A DNA stretch of 62,000 nucleotides, taken from Wallemia ichthyophaga EXF-994 (Eukaryota > Fungi > Basidiomycota). This document shows, in pieces, positions 25,895-36,046 of the stretch. The stretch is taken from contig NW_008806281.1 of NCBI RefSeq assembly GCF_000400465.1, forward strand, positions 20,001-82,000. Direction: 5' to 3'. Each line of letters opens with the position of its first letter. The stretch's first letter is position 1. Below the pieces are notes generated by a model, which worked only from the letters and a program-made list of their open reading frames with translations, had not been told where the DNA came from and searched no databases. Position numbers and translations under genes: made by a program.

Positions 25895-28800
25895 TTACCA
25901 TTCAATCTCTTGCTTCAAGAATACATTCTCATTTGTGTTGGAAGTGGCGCCTTTGTCCCTGCTAGCTACTGTCTCCATTTGCGTCTTGTAATCTTGGAGC
26001 CTAGTATTTGCCTCGTTGCTCCGTCTCACCATTTCTATTCTAAGATCATCGTACTTGCGAACAAATTGCTTCCTCAACGCGTCGAATTGGGTAGATTGCG
26101 ATGTTGACATTTGCTCTATCTCAGCCTTGAGTGCGTTGTACTTGTCGTTACTTGCACTGTCAATGCCTGACATCTCGTGTGATTTTTTCTGTGGTTCACC
26201 TATTCTACTCAAGTGGGTCTTGAGATTTTCTATATCTTTCACTATTCCTTTTTCGGTCCATGCGTGTTGGTCAACAATCTGCTTGAGACCGGCAAACTTT
26301 GTTTCCAATTCTCTATTCGAGTTTCTCAGACTAGATTTTACAGTTTCTTCGAAATTCCGTATAAAGTCATTATGGCGGTGTAGGCGAACATGAATACTGT
26401 CGACAGCTTCTTTTTGCTTCCAGCTATCTTTTTTGGAATTATCTTCGACTTCTTTCAGCCTCGCTTCAAATCTTTGTTTATCTTTTACTTTTTCTGCCGT
26501 CTCGCGTGTCTCTCTAGCTTTATGAACCTCAGATGCGTCTTCTTTCTCCTTCTCTAACTTATTCTCAAAGCGCTTAACTTCTTGAAGGATGCCCTCTATA
26601 CCTTGCGTTGGCTGTGTATTCGAAGAATTTCTTGCCTGAGCTATACCTTCGTTGACCTTATTTTCGAACTCTACAAAACGAAGCGTAGATGATGTCAGGT
26701 AGCTGTCCACCTTGATAGACAGCAGCTGAGTTTCTTTCTTCGATTCCATAGTATCATGTCGATATTCTTCTATGCTCTTCTGTAGGTCCTTTTCTAAAGC
26801 TTTCTCCTTGCTGATTTTCTCCTCGTTGCTCTTGAGAGCCTCAATACTTTTAGTAAGCTCGGCGTAATGATTCTTTGCTAACAGTTGCTCTTCATTTACT
26901 CGCTGTAAAGCAGCCTCTCCCGAAGTAGAAATTTTTGACTCCAATTCTATCATTTTCGCTTCACGTTGAGCATCTTTTCGCTTGAGATCCAAGATGGTCT
27001 GTTGAAGCTCTTCATTGCGGGTAGTAGATTTCGTGAGCATGTTCATCATGTCAACTTGCGCACTGAAAAGTTTCATCATTTCAACTTGATTGACGCCAGG
27101 TGATTCCATCCTTTCTTTGCTCTGAGGCTGAGATGCTCTGTCATGCCCCTGATCAGTACCATTTTGCCCCGGCTTAGGAGGCTATGGAGCTGTTAGTTAA
27201 AAGAATAGATATGCGCACGCTCACCAAATCAAATCTTTCACTGTTATTGACGCCTTTATTCTTGTCGTCTGCTTCCTCCTTTGACGCCTGTTTCTTTATA
27301 TTGTCTCCCTCATTAGCGGATCGATCGATAGTGACAGAGGAAGCTTCATGGCGAGGTTTGTTAGAAAGAACTTCTGCGCGCATTTGCTTTCCATTAGCAT
27401 CATTGCCATGCTGTCGCTTAAGGCGCTTGATGTGATCGTCTCTCTCTCTACCTACATTCTCTTCAGCGACCTTTGCTTTCAGATCGTCTGTCTGCTTCTT
27501 TGCTAACTCCGATTCCATAGCTTTAGCCTTCCTGGCGGCTTCGGCTTTCTTGGTCTCGATGACTTGCTGAGCTGCTTCCTGTCTCTCGATTTCCTCCTGC
27601 TTTTTCATTTCTTCATCTCTCCTAGCCTGTCGTACTTCGTCCTTCTGCTTGACTTGCTGTTCAAATCGGAAGTCTTCTTGTCTCTTGGCTTCTTCCTTTC
27701 TCTTAGCCTCCTCTTTCCGTTTAGCTTCTTCTTTTCTCTCAGCTGCTACAGTCTCTTCCTTTCTCTTAAGTGCTACCGCTTCCTCATTTACTTTAGCTGC
27801 TGCTTCTTGTCTGCTGGTGAATTCTTGTTGTCTACTTTCTACCTCTTGATTTAACTGATCCAGAGCTGTCTGATGTTTTGCTTTACCTGACTTCTTGTCG
27901 GCACTATGTTTTTCATTTCGTATCGCTATTTTACTATTAGTGTCTTCAACTTTCCTGGCAATGCTGCGTCTTGCTTCATCATCCTCTCCCTCCGTAACAG
28001 CACTTGGTCGCTTCTTGGAAAATGAAGGAAGGGGTTGAGATTTTCGACGATCGTGTTGAGGGGTGTGTTTTGTATTTTCAGGTGCAGCAACTGAGGAATG
28101 CTTCAGAGGCTCGCTTCTACGCGTATGTTGTTTCTTCTTATTGGCAGGTAGTGAGCTCTTATCGCCATTAGATTCCTCAGACTCAGAGTCCTCGATCCTC
28201 GATCGTTTGAAAGGTTTCTGTGAATGAGCTCGACTTGAAGAGTGGTGGTGACTTGGTCGCGTGGTATGCTCGACTATTTGTACATCGTCTGAATCTGAAC
28301 CAGAGCTTTGAAGGAGGTTGGCTGTGTTTTGCTTGTCAGAATATCCACTTTAAATATGCACGCATACACTTACATTCCTTGCCTCGTGTGAGATTGTTAG
28401 TTACCTCCTCCTCGGAATTGCTTTCAGCAGCACCCTGGATTTGCGCAGGCTGCGATATTCTCTTTGCATTCTCCACATACTGCTGAATCATTTTGCTCTT
28501 TGATGTTTTACCCTTGTTTGAGCTGGAGCTATTGGAGGGTGATTTGGACTTTTTGGTAGATTTAGGGGGCTTCTTATCGATTTGGGAAGGCTTATTGGAA
28601 TTGGGTGTGGATGTGGAACCGGTTCCAGGCTCAGCCAAGTCGTCCTCGTCTGAACTTGAGTCAAGGACTATCGATTGACGTCTTTTAAGTGTATGCATAG
28701 GCGTAGGTGATGCTTTTGTACCAAATCCCGCTATTACATTTGATTGCTTTTGCTTTCCTTGCTTCTCGCTTGATTTGGAAACATTCTGATTGCTATCACC

Positions 28801-29127
28801 AGTCGATTTCAAAGACGAGCTGCTCTTTCGTCTATCACAAGACGCTTCCTTGATTTCTAATTTATTACCGGATTGAAGTGATCCTGGATCTACAGTTTTC
28901 CGTCTGGGTTGCATTGGTAGATTGTGACCTCTAGGTGGTTGATGAAGATGAGTTTCAGGGATTTGGAGTCGGGAAGCAGAGTGTGAATGGATTTGCACAC
29001 AAAAAGAGCTAGCTGACAAACCCTGTACATCTCTCGCAGTCTTTGATTCATTCACAGGGTATCCCTCTGACGCAACCTTGACGTACAGGAAAATCTCAGA
29101 TAAGGCAGGAAGATGATAAGTGCTCAT
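25895..29127 (-). CDS. Orphan protein with a disordered Ser/Lys-rich N-half and a long Glu/Lys coiled-coil C-half (spliced)
   Basis: ORFs 28336-29139, 27174-27608 and 25895-27109 are linked by GT-AG introns. First ATG at 29127. No recognisable family motif. Confidence 0.68.
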
Positions 29128-29227
29128 CTCTGCATACACAAAGAAAAAAAAAACCTAGAAAACCTATGCATAAATATGGATAAATAAAATGTTCAAAATA
29201 TTCTAGGTTGGAGAGTGCAAAAATATT

Positions 29228-29300
29228 AGCCCCACGCGGGGCTCGAACCCGCAGCCTTGTGATTAAGAGTCACACGCTCTACCGATTGAGCTAGCAAGGC
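29228..29300 (-). tRNA. tRNA-Lys(CTT), intronless
   Basis: GCCTTGCTAGCTCAATCGGTAGAGCGTGTGACTCTTAATCACAAGGCTGCGGGTTCGAGCCCCGCGTGGGGCT: 73-nt cloverleaf with A and B boxes, followed by a T5 terminator. Confidence 0.98.
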
Positions 29301-29723
29301 TTGTTGACAGCAAGCTTCTATTAAGTTATATTATTGTATTTATATAGGCTTCTCAAATTTTTTTGATAAATTCACATCGCAAATGCTTTTGTTGTTGTTA
29401 AACAGACTTTCAGTTGTTGAAATATTTGATTTCCGATTACATAATCCCGACTTACTAGTCATAAAATTGACTAAGATGCACAATTAGTTAAGCCAGAGAG
29501 CAAGATCTCTCTCTACGAGTTTGGTATAGATAGGCGAAGATCAACAATCGTTGTACCGCTTTTGACTATACTTTACGGTTTCTTAAAATATTAAGAAAAA
29601 GACAATAAGGTGTAACGAGCAATTCCGAAATGTATTTGAATTACAATTAATAAATATATACATAAATTCATTTTATGATGAGCAGAGAAGGTGAGTATTC
29701 TAGCCACGCATCTCGCCAGCTCT

Positions 29724-30882
29724 TTACAATTCAAAGAGAGCGTTAGTATTCATGTGTGCGGCATTAGCGACTATATGCAAAGGTAATTCCTTCGCACAAG
29801 CTATGAGATGAGCGATGAGGGGGAGATAACCAGGTTCGTTGCGACCCTTAACGGGTGCTTCCTCACTCCACTTTTCCTTCTTGAGCGGAGGGTTAAGCTT
29901 GAAGAAGTCGTCAAGAGTATCAATGTGCTCGTGCATAGCGTGAGTAGATGAGACACCGCACCACGGAGCATCAGTTTCGATCATGAGTCTGTCGAGTGGA
30001 ACAGCCTTGGCTACTTGGATACTTTCTTCTGTCTTAAGACTACATCCATTCAGACCAATATATAGACCCATTTTGACCTGAGGTGGGTTGAAGTGTGAGT
30101 AGCGAGTTGCGCGTGTATATCTCAGCTACTCACTAATTCGTGCATCTCTTGAACAGTCCCAGTAAAAGAATGCACACAGCCTCGCGGTAGCTTGATTCCA
30201 CAGGTAGATTTGATGACCTTGACCAAATCACTGTGGCAGTTACGGGAGTGAAGGAACATAGGCATGTCCAGTCTCTGAGCTAGTTGTAGCTGTGCGGTGA
30301 AAGCCTCTATCTGTTTAGGTTTATCGCTACAGCGAGTGCGAGCGCGTGTAAGTGAGACATGAAAGAGGGAGCAAAAAAAAACAACACACGCGAAATGCAA
30401 CCTGTCCCAATCAAGACCACACTCACCCACAGCCACTACCCTCTTCCCTCTGACGGCGCCTCTGTATCGGTTATCGGAGATGAACTGCTCGAGTTGGGTG
30501 ATGTATCCGTCGACGAATTCATTTGAGCGGGTAGGATGTAGACCAGCTGTGGAGAAGTACGCGAAGTCACTGAACTGAGTAGCGAGGTTATGTGCTTCGA
30601 CGCTTTCTTCTAGATTACCGCCGGTGAGCATGGCGCCATCGACACCAACCCTGTGAGCTCTCTCCACCACGGCTTTTAGATCGTCCGGATGAGATTGCTT
30701 GGATCTATAAACACCGCGGAACATGCTGTCCGCGAGATTGAGGCCGATGTCTTGTGTGTCACGGTCGTCAGCAGTGAGATATCACCGACGGGAGCATCAA
30801 ACACACCGATGAACCTCAGTTCCGATAGAGAATCTAATTGTAATTGCCTTATTTGGCGCTTGAGTGCTTCCATCTTGTCCAT
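29724..30882 (-). CDS. TatD-family deoxyribonuclease (spliced)
   Basis: FIDIGLNL after splicing, STAGLHPTR, VAVGECGLDWDRL, MFLHSRN, GCVHSFTG, MIETDAPW, RNEP. Confidence 0.9.
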
Positions 30883-30924
30883 TGTGCACTCGAGTTGAGA
30901 GTCAACGACCAAGAGCCCCGAGAA

Positions 30925-31917
30925 ATGTCATGGTTCAAACGATCTGCACAGAATTATATCCCTCAAGCAGGTGAAGACCGTATGCGGAACGAGCTGCTTG
31001 GTGGTGACGGCACGCAAGCGCAAGCGCAAGCACTAGCTGATGAGGAAGACGCTGCAAGTATGCGCCCGCCCTCGTACACAACAGTAGATAAGGGTGGCGA
31101 TGCAGCTGACGACGCAGCGCGTAGTGAGTTGTTCAGCGGCGCACCGCCACGCACAGCCCAGCGCAATCAGGGCGGTGGAATCACCAACTCTGCCCAAGGT
31201 CTCGATGAGGAGCAACACACAGCCAATGAAGATGAGGACGTCGAGGCTATTAAGCAGCAGACTCGATTCGTTAAGGAGGATAGTAGAGAGAGTACGAGGA
31301 ATGCACTACGTATCGCACGCGAGACTGAGGATAATGCTGCTAATACCATGATGAAATTGGGTGACCAATCAGAGCGTGTCGCTGACACTGAACGTCATCT
31401 CGATCTCGCTAAAGCACACGCTAATCGCGCAGAAGATAAGGGGAAAGAACTCAAGAAACTAAACCGGTCCATCTTCAGGCCTGTCATGTCGTGGCAGACG
31501 GATAGGAGGAGACGCGAAGTTCAGCAGCGCATTGAAGATAGACACGAAACTGAGCGTGAGGAGAGGGAAAAAGCACACGTGGATGTCTTTACATCGAGGA
31601 AGAGGGTTGATAACGTATTGGATCCTCAGAAAAGAGGATTCGGTGGTTTTGGAAGGAAAAAGCCTGAGCAGTCGTCGACGGTGGAGAGATCCAAGTACCA
31701 GTTCGAAGCGACAGCGAGTGATGACGAATTGGAAGACGAAATTGATGGAAATCTCAACGATATCAATCAGGCAGTCGGCAATCTCAAGCGATTCGCTATA
31801 GCCTCCGGCGAAGAAGTCGGTACACAGAACGATAGGCTGGACGACATCCACAACAAGGCTGGTAAACTGGATGACAAGATATTCAGAAACACTCAGAAAC
31901 TCAAGAAGATCAATTGA
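30925..31917 (+). CDS. SEC9: Plasma-membrane Qbc SNARE Sec9/SNAP-25-like
   Basis: Two SNARE motifs (STRNALRIARETE...KLGDQSERV and EIDGNLNDI...QNDRL), plus KYQFEATASDDELEDEI. Confidence 0.9.
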   Translation: MSWFKRSAQNYIPQAGEDRMRNELLGGDGTQAQAQALADEEDAASMRPPSYTTVDKGGDAADDAARSELFSGAPPRTAQRNQGGGITNSAQGLDEEQHTANEDEDVEAIKQQTRFVKEDSRESTRNALRIARETEDNAANTMMKLGDQSERVADTERHLDLAKAHANRAEDKGKELKKLNRSIFRPVMSWQTDRRRREVQQRIEDRHETEREEREKAHVDVFTSRKRVDNVLDPQKRGFGGFGRKKPEQSSTVERSKYQFEATASDDELEDEIDGNLNDINQAVGNLKRFAIASGEEVGTQNDRLDDIHNKAGKLDDKIFRNTQKLKKIN

Positions 31918-32014
31918 AATGGCTGTAATTATACGAATTTTCACATGGACAATCATCACAACCAAGAATAAATACCAACAAGGGACATGAAATCAAGGGA
32001 GCAAACTAACAAAT

Positions 32015-32483
32015 TTACTTCTTTGAAACCTTACCAATTTCCTCGACGTTGAGGGCTGCAATGAGTGGTCAGTGAGGGTTATTCCAGACTCGTCAAGGAG
32101 CGATCTTCGTTCGCTATTCAGAGCCGGTGTGATTGTCGTAAAGAGCAACACATAGTCCCCTCTTAGAGTTGAATAGTGCGAAAAGCACATCGCCCTGACA
32201 AGCCGAATATTACTCACTTGGTGGAAGAGATTGCTTGAGCTTCTCCGCCTTCTCGCCGTCAGAGACGACAAGAGTGTAGAGGTAGCGTGAGCAACGGATC
32301 TTGAACTTGGTAAGTTGAGCTGCCTCGCCCTTGCTACCAACGGTGTTGGTCTTCTTGATGCGGGCTGAGCGAGCATCCTTACGACGAGCGATTTCGAGGA
32401 AGTTCTTGATGTCCTTGATCTGTGGCGTGCGCATTAGAATGCTATGTGTACAACGTGTCCTGTCTGCTCACTTCTTGTGGCAT
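32015..32483 (-). CDS. RPL38: 60S ribosomal protein eL38 (two introns: 32420-32471 and 32056-32217)
   Basis: Spliced product is [27 protein letters not shown]...[44 protein letters not shown]. Confidence 0.97.
32080..32209 (-). other. Extensively base-paired RNA structure filling RPL38 intron 2
   Basis: 5' arm TATTC-GGCTTGTCA-GG-GCGAT pairs with 3' arm ATCGC-T-CC-T-TGACGAGTC-TG-GAATA. Inner stems CTATTCA/TGAATAG, GTGC/GCAC and TGTTG/CGACA. Pairing was worked out by hand. Confidence 0.6.
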
Positions 32484-32810
32484 TTTTAAAATTGCTCGTG
32501 GTCGTACACAGGGAAGTCACGGTCGTAAGATTTGAGGGGATGGATTAGATGAATTTTTTGTGCAGGCGGTGAGGCGGCGTGGTGGTGTATATATCTTTAT
32601 GTAATATAAATATATGTTAATATCCTTAAGTGCTTTATTGCTTGATACAGTGCACCGTTCACGATTACAGATGGAAATGGAGGTTGATGAGATGACAGCG
32701 AGATAAACACTGCCAGCTCACCGTCAGCATAAGAATACACCGCCAGTCACTCTGAAATCTCACTTGATTCCCTGCTTCGAATCTCCATTTCTATCTTTAT
32801 CGCCACCACC

Positions 32811-33224
32811 ATGCAGCGCACAATCGCAAGGCTAGCTACTACGAAAGCTACAGTACTACCTCCGCCTACTCTCCCACACTTTCATCAAAAGGTACAGCTA
32901 TCTGATGGCTCGACGATAACAATGTTCACAACGTCGCCGAGATCTGTGATAAAGTCATCCAAGGACACAGGCAACCACGCCGTCTGGAATCCACAGAGCG
33001 TGAAGCTTACCACGGAAGACGAGTCTGGCAGATTGACCAGATTCGCAAAGAGATTCGGTCTCGAGGCAGATGACGGGCCAGAGAAGGGCAGGCTCGAGAG
33101 ACAGATGGCTTTGGGTGGATTCGGCGACCAGGACCTCGAGAATATCGACAGAGAGGCCACAGAGTCTGAAAAGAAGATACAGGCTAAACCAGAACACAAG
33201 CCAGCACCAAAGAAAAAGAAGTAG
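32811..33224 (+). CDS. MRPL36: Mitochondrial ribosomal protein bL31m-like
   Basis: FHQKVQLSDGST...TTSP...KDTGNHAVWNP...EDESGRLTRFAKRFG, with a presequence-like N-terminus. Confidence 0.75.
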   Translation: MQRTIARLATTKATVLPPPTLPHFHQKVQLSDGSTITMFTTSPRSVIKSSKDTGNHAVWNPQSVKLTTEDESGRLTRFAKRFGLEADDGPEKGRLERQMALGGFGDQDLENIDREATESEKKIQAKPEHKPAPKKKK

Positions 33225-33283
33225 TTGCGCAATTAACTTATTAATACACTAGAGATACATGAGATTGCAAAAACAGTTTGAAT

Positions 33284-34162
33284 TTAAATGGACTTGGGTA
33301 ATTTCTCCTTCCACGCAGTCTCCACGACTTCCATTGTGCGGTAGATGAGATAGAGACCGCGAAAGCTGAGGACGTCCTTATCTCCGTCGACATATGCTTT
33401 GTTCTTGACGCAGTCGAGGTACGGGATCGTTGTGGGGAACTTGAACGATTTTGAGCCGTGTGAGCCATCCAAACGTCTCAACATGGCCTGCTGAATGGAG
33501 TTCCACCTGATTTTATAGTGAGTGGGTTAGCTGGATATTCTAAAAGCCACCTACCATTCGACATGTGCAGCTCTATCGTAATCGCCCTCGTGCTTATTTG
33601 ACATCATAAGATCTTGTGCGATGAGAATTCTTCTAGCCTCCATTTGCCTAGTCTGGTGTAACTTGGCAAGACGTCTGTAGTAGTGTGTCGGCATAGAGTC
33701 AGCGTCTGCATCGCTGAGATTCTCTATGTCAGATTCGAGCGTCAGGGTAGATATCTTTACAGCATCACCTTCCCAGCCCAATTTGGCAGCCACAGCGTAT
33801 GCTCTCAATGGCTCACTGAAAGCATGGTAGAGCAGATCAGCGCGCATCATGTTGAGCACCTTATCGCTGTCGAATTTGAGGGCCAAACAAATGACGGATT
33901 TGATATGATCGATGTTTTTAAATTCGATGGATTGATTTGTGATTATCTGCAATAACGGTTTGAGCTCTGTGGAAGACTCATGCATGTGGATAACTCTGTC
34001 ATCGCCGGCGTTAGATGGCTGCGGGAGATCAAACAAGCTGTTCCAAAAGGCTGAGGTGTTTGATAGGAGCTGGTAGTCAAGATTGAAGTGCACGGAATCG
34101 GAAGTAATTAAGCAGCAATTTCTATCGCCAAGATTATGGCTAAAATCGCTGTCGGTGGTCAT
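33284..34162 (-). CDS. Fungal BTB/POZ-domain protein (one intron)
   Basis: DRNCCLITSDSVHFNLDYQLLSNTSAFWNSLFDLPQP...HESSTELKPLL and PLRAYAVAAKLGW, typical of basidiomycete BTB proteins. The last exon is the 33284-33484 ORF. Confidence 0.75.
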
Positions 34163-34595
34163 GGTTAGAGTACAAGAGTATTCGTTTGTGTTTTCCAAAT
34201 TAAGTAGTCTGCATTTAGAAGTTTGGATGATCCGGGTGAGTTGTTGGAGTAAAACAGTGGGAAAAGACGGAGAGAGGATCAGTGATTGTGTCTAAGTAGA
34301 CCCACTCAATTCATTACAAGCACGCCTCAAAATACTCCCATCGATTTAGCCGATTTGATGCAAATTTTACGCAGGAAATGCAGGAACAATTAATCAAACG
34401 GAGACTTATAGGGTATTGCCTATGCGATATTAAATCTTATAATTCATACTACTGGTCTATGTCTTTGACTTGTTTTACTAACTCTACGTGTTGCAGCGAG
34501 TGATCTGCAGATATCGGATTAAGGTTCAAATGATCACAAGATAATTTCAATCTGCGTTGCACGAAACAATCATCATCTAAATTTTATTTATTAAA

Positions 34596-35878
34596 ATGCC
34601 AATCCCAGTCGAGAGCCTAACGCACTCCAGCGATGAATATATCCACATCCCGCTATCCTCTCTGAAAAAGGCTACAATTAGATCTTCCAGGTGTGTCTGG
34701 TATCTGGAGATAGCCTTGTATATCTGCTAACACCTCCCAGTGATTTCCGCAGCGATGTCGTTACCGTGCCCACCCCTGAAGTACTCGAAGCTATGGTAAA
34801 CGCTACTTTCCACGATGAAATCTACGAAGGCGATGCGACTATTGCTGCACTTGAATCTAAAATGGCTAAAATGGCTGGAAAGGAGGCTGCAATGTGGGTT
34901 GTATCTGGCACGCAGGTGAGTTGAGTGATTTCCCATATAGTTCCAGCCATCTAACGCAGTTTGATCCAGGCTAATCAAATATCCCTACGTACCCATCTCC
35001 ATCAGCCTCCTCACTCCATCCTCTGCGACCATAGGGCTCACATCTACTGCTGGGAATCTGGCGCAATCTCCGTTCTTTCACAAGCCCAATGTACTCCTGT
35101 TATACCACGCAACAGGCGTCATCTTACAGTACACGACATAGCTCATTCTATGATACCAGATGGGAATATCCACTTTGCACCTACAAAAGTTATATCTCTC
35201 GAAAATACGTTGTCTGGTACAATTCTCCCGCTTGCTGAGGCACAGAGAATTAGGCAATACGCACTCAATCACCCTAACAAACCAAAGATGCACTTAGACG
35301 GCGCCAGGCTGTTCGATGCCGTCGTCGCTGAAGGTGTTAGCCTGACTGATTACTGCGATAACTTTGACAGCGTGAGCTTATGTATACAGAAAGGTACTGG
35401 TGCGCCTGTAGGATCCATGATTGTTGGCGACAAGCCTTTCATCGATAGGGCCAAATGGTACAGGAAAATGTTCGGTGGTGGTGCGAGACAACCGGGTATG
35501 CTGGCTGCTGCAGGGATTGCAGCTCTCGACCAAGCTCTACCACTCATAGCACTCACGCAACACAAGGCAAAATTAGTATCAGAATATCTCACAATGGAAC
35601 TGGGGCTAAAATTATCAGTACCCACCGAAACCAATATGATTGTGTTGGATTTGGAAGAGGCAGGTATCCCGCCGCGCGTTTTTAGACACCGCCTCTTCCA
35701 GTTCGGAGTTAGAGTGTTCGATCAGGGTAGACTCGTGTTCCACAACCAAATATCAGACCAGGGCGTGTCGGCGCTGTGTCAGGGCGTGAAGTCACTCGTG
35801 ATTGATGCCAGAATACCCAATAAGTTGGATCAACTGGATCAGGAGATAGAGTATACTGAATCACTGTCTCAAAACTAA
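34596..35878 (+). CDS. GLY1: Low-specificity L-threonine aldolase (PLP-dependent)
   Basis: DFRSDVVT, SGTQANQI, AHIYCWESG, ISLENTLSG, MHLDGARL, KGTGAPVGS, FGGGARQPG. Two introns. Confidence 0.9.
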
Positions 35879-36046
35879 TAGGATAAGCGATTTCTTTGTT
35901 TTTCATAGATTATTAATGTTTAACGATTTTATGTTATGGAGACACATAGTGTATGTGTGCCTTGTTTGTACGTCGTGTATGCTGCTTGTGTCTCGTGCGT
36001 GCCGCGTGTATGCCGTGGCTTCACCTCTTACAATATCACCACCACC

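Noticed and set aside
32135-32150. GCTCTTTAC loop in RPL38 intron 2 resembling U5 snRNA loop 1
   Set aside because: It mismatches the invariant GCCUUUUAC loop and there is no Sm site.
32484-32810. Cytosolic RPL38 and mitochondrial bL31m sharing a divergent promoter as a co-regulation module
   Set aside because: A 327-bp head-to-head spacing is ordinary in this genome, and I found no shared motif to support coupling.
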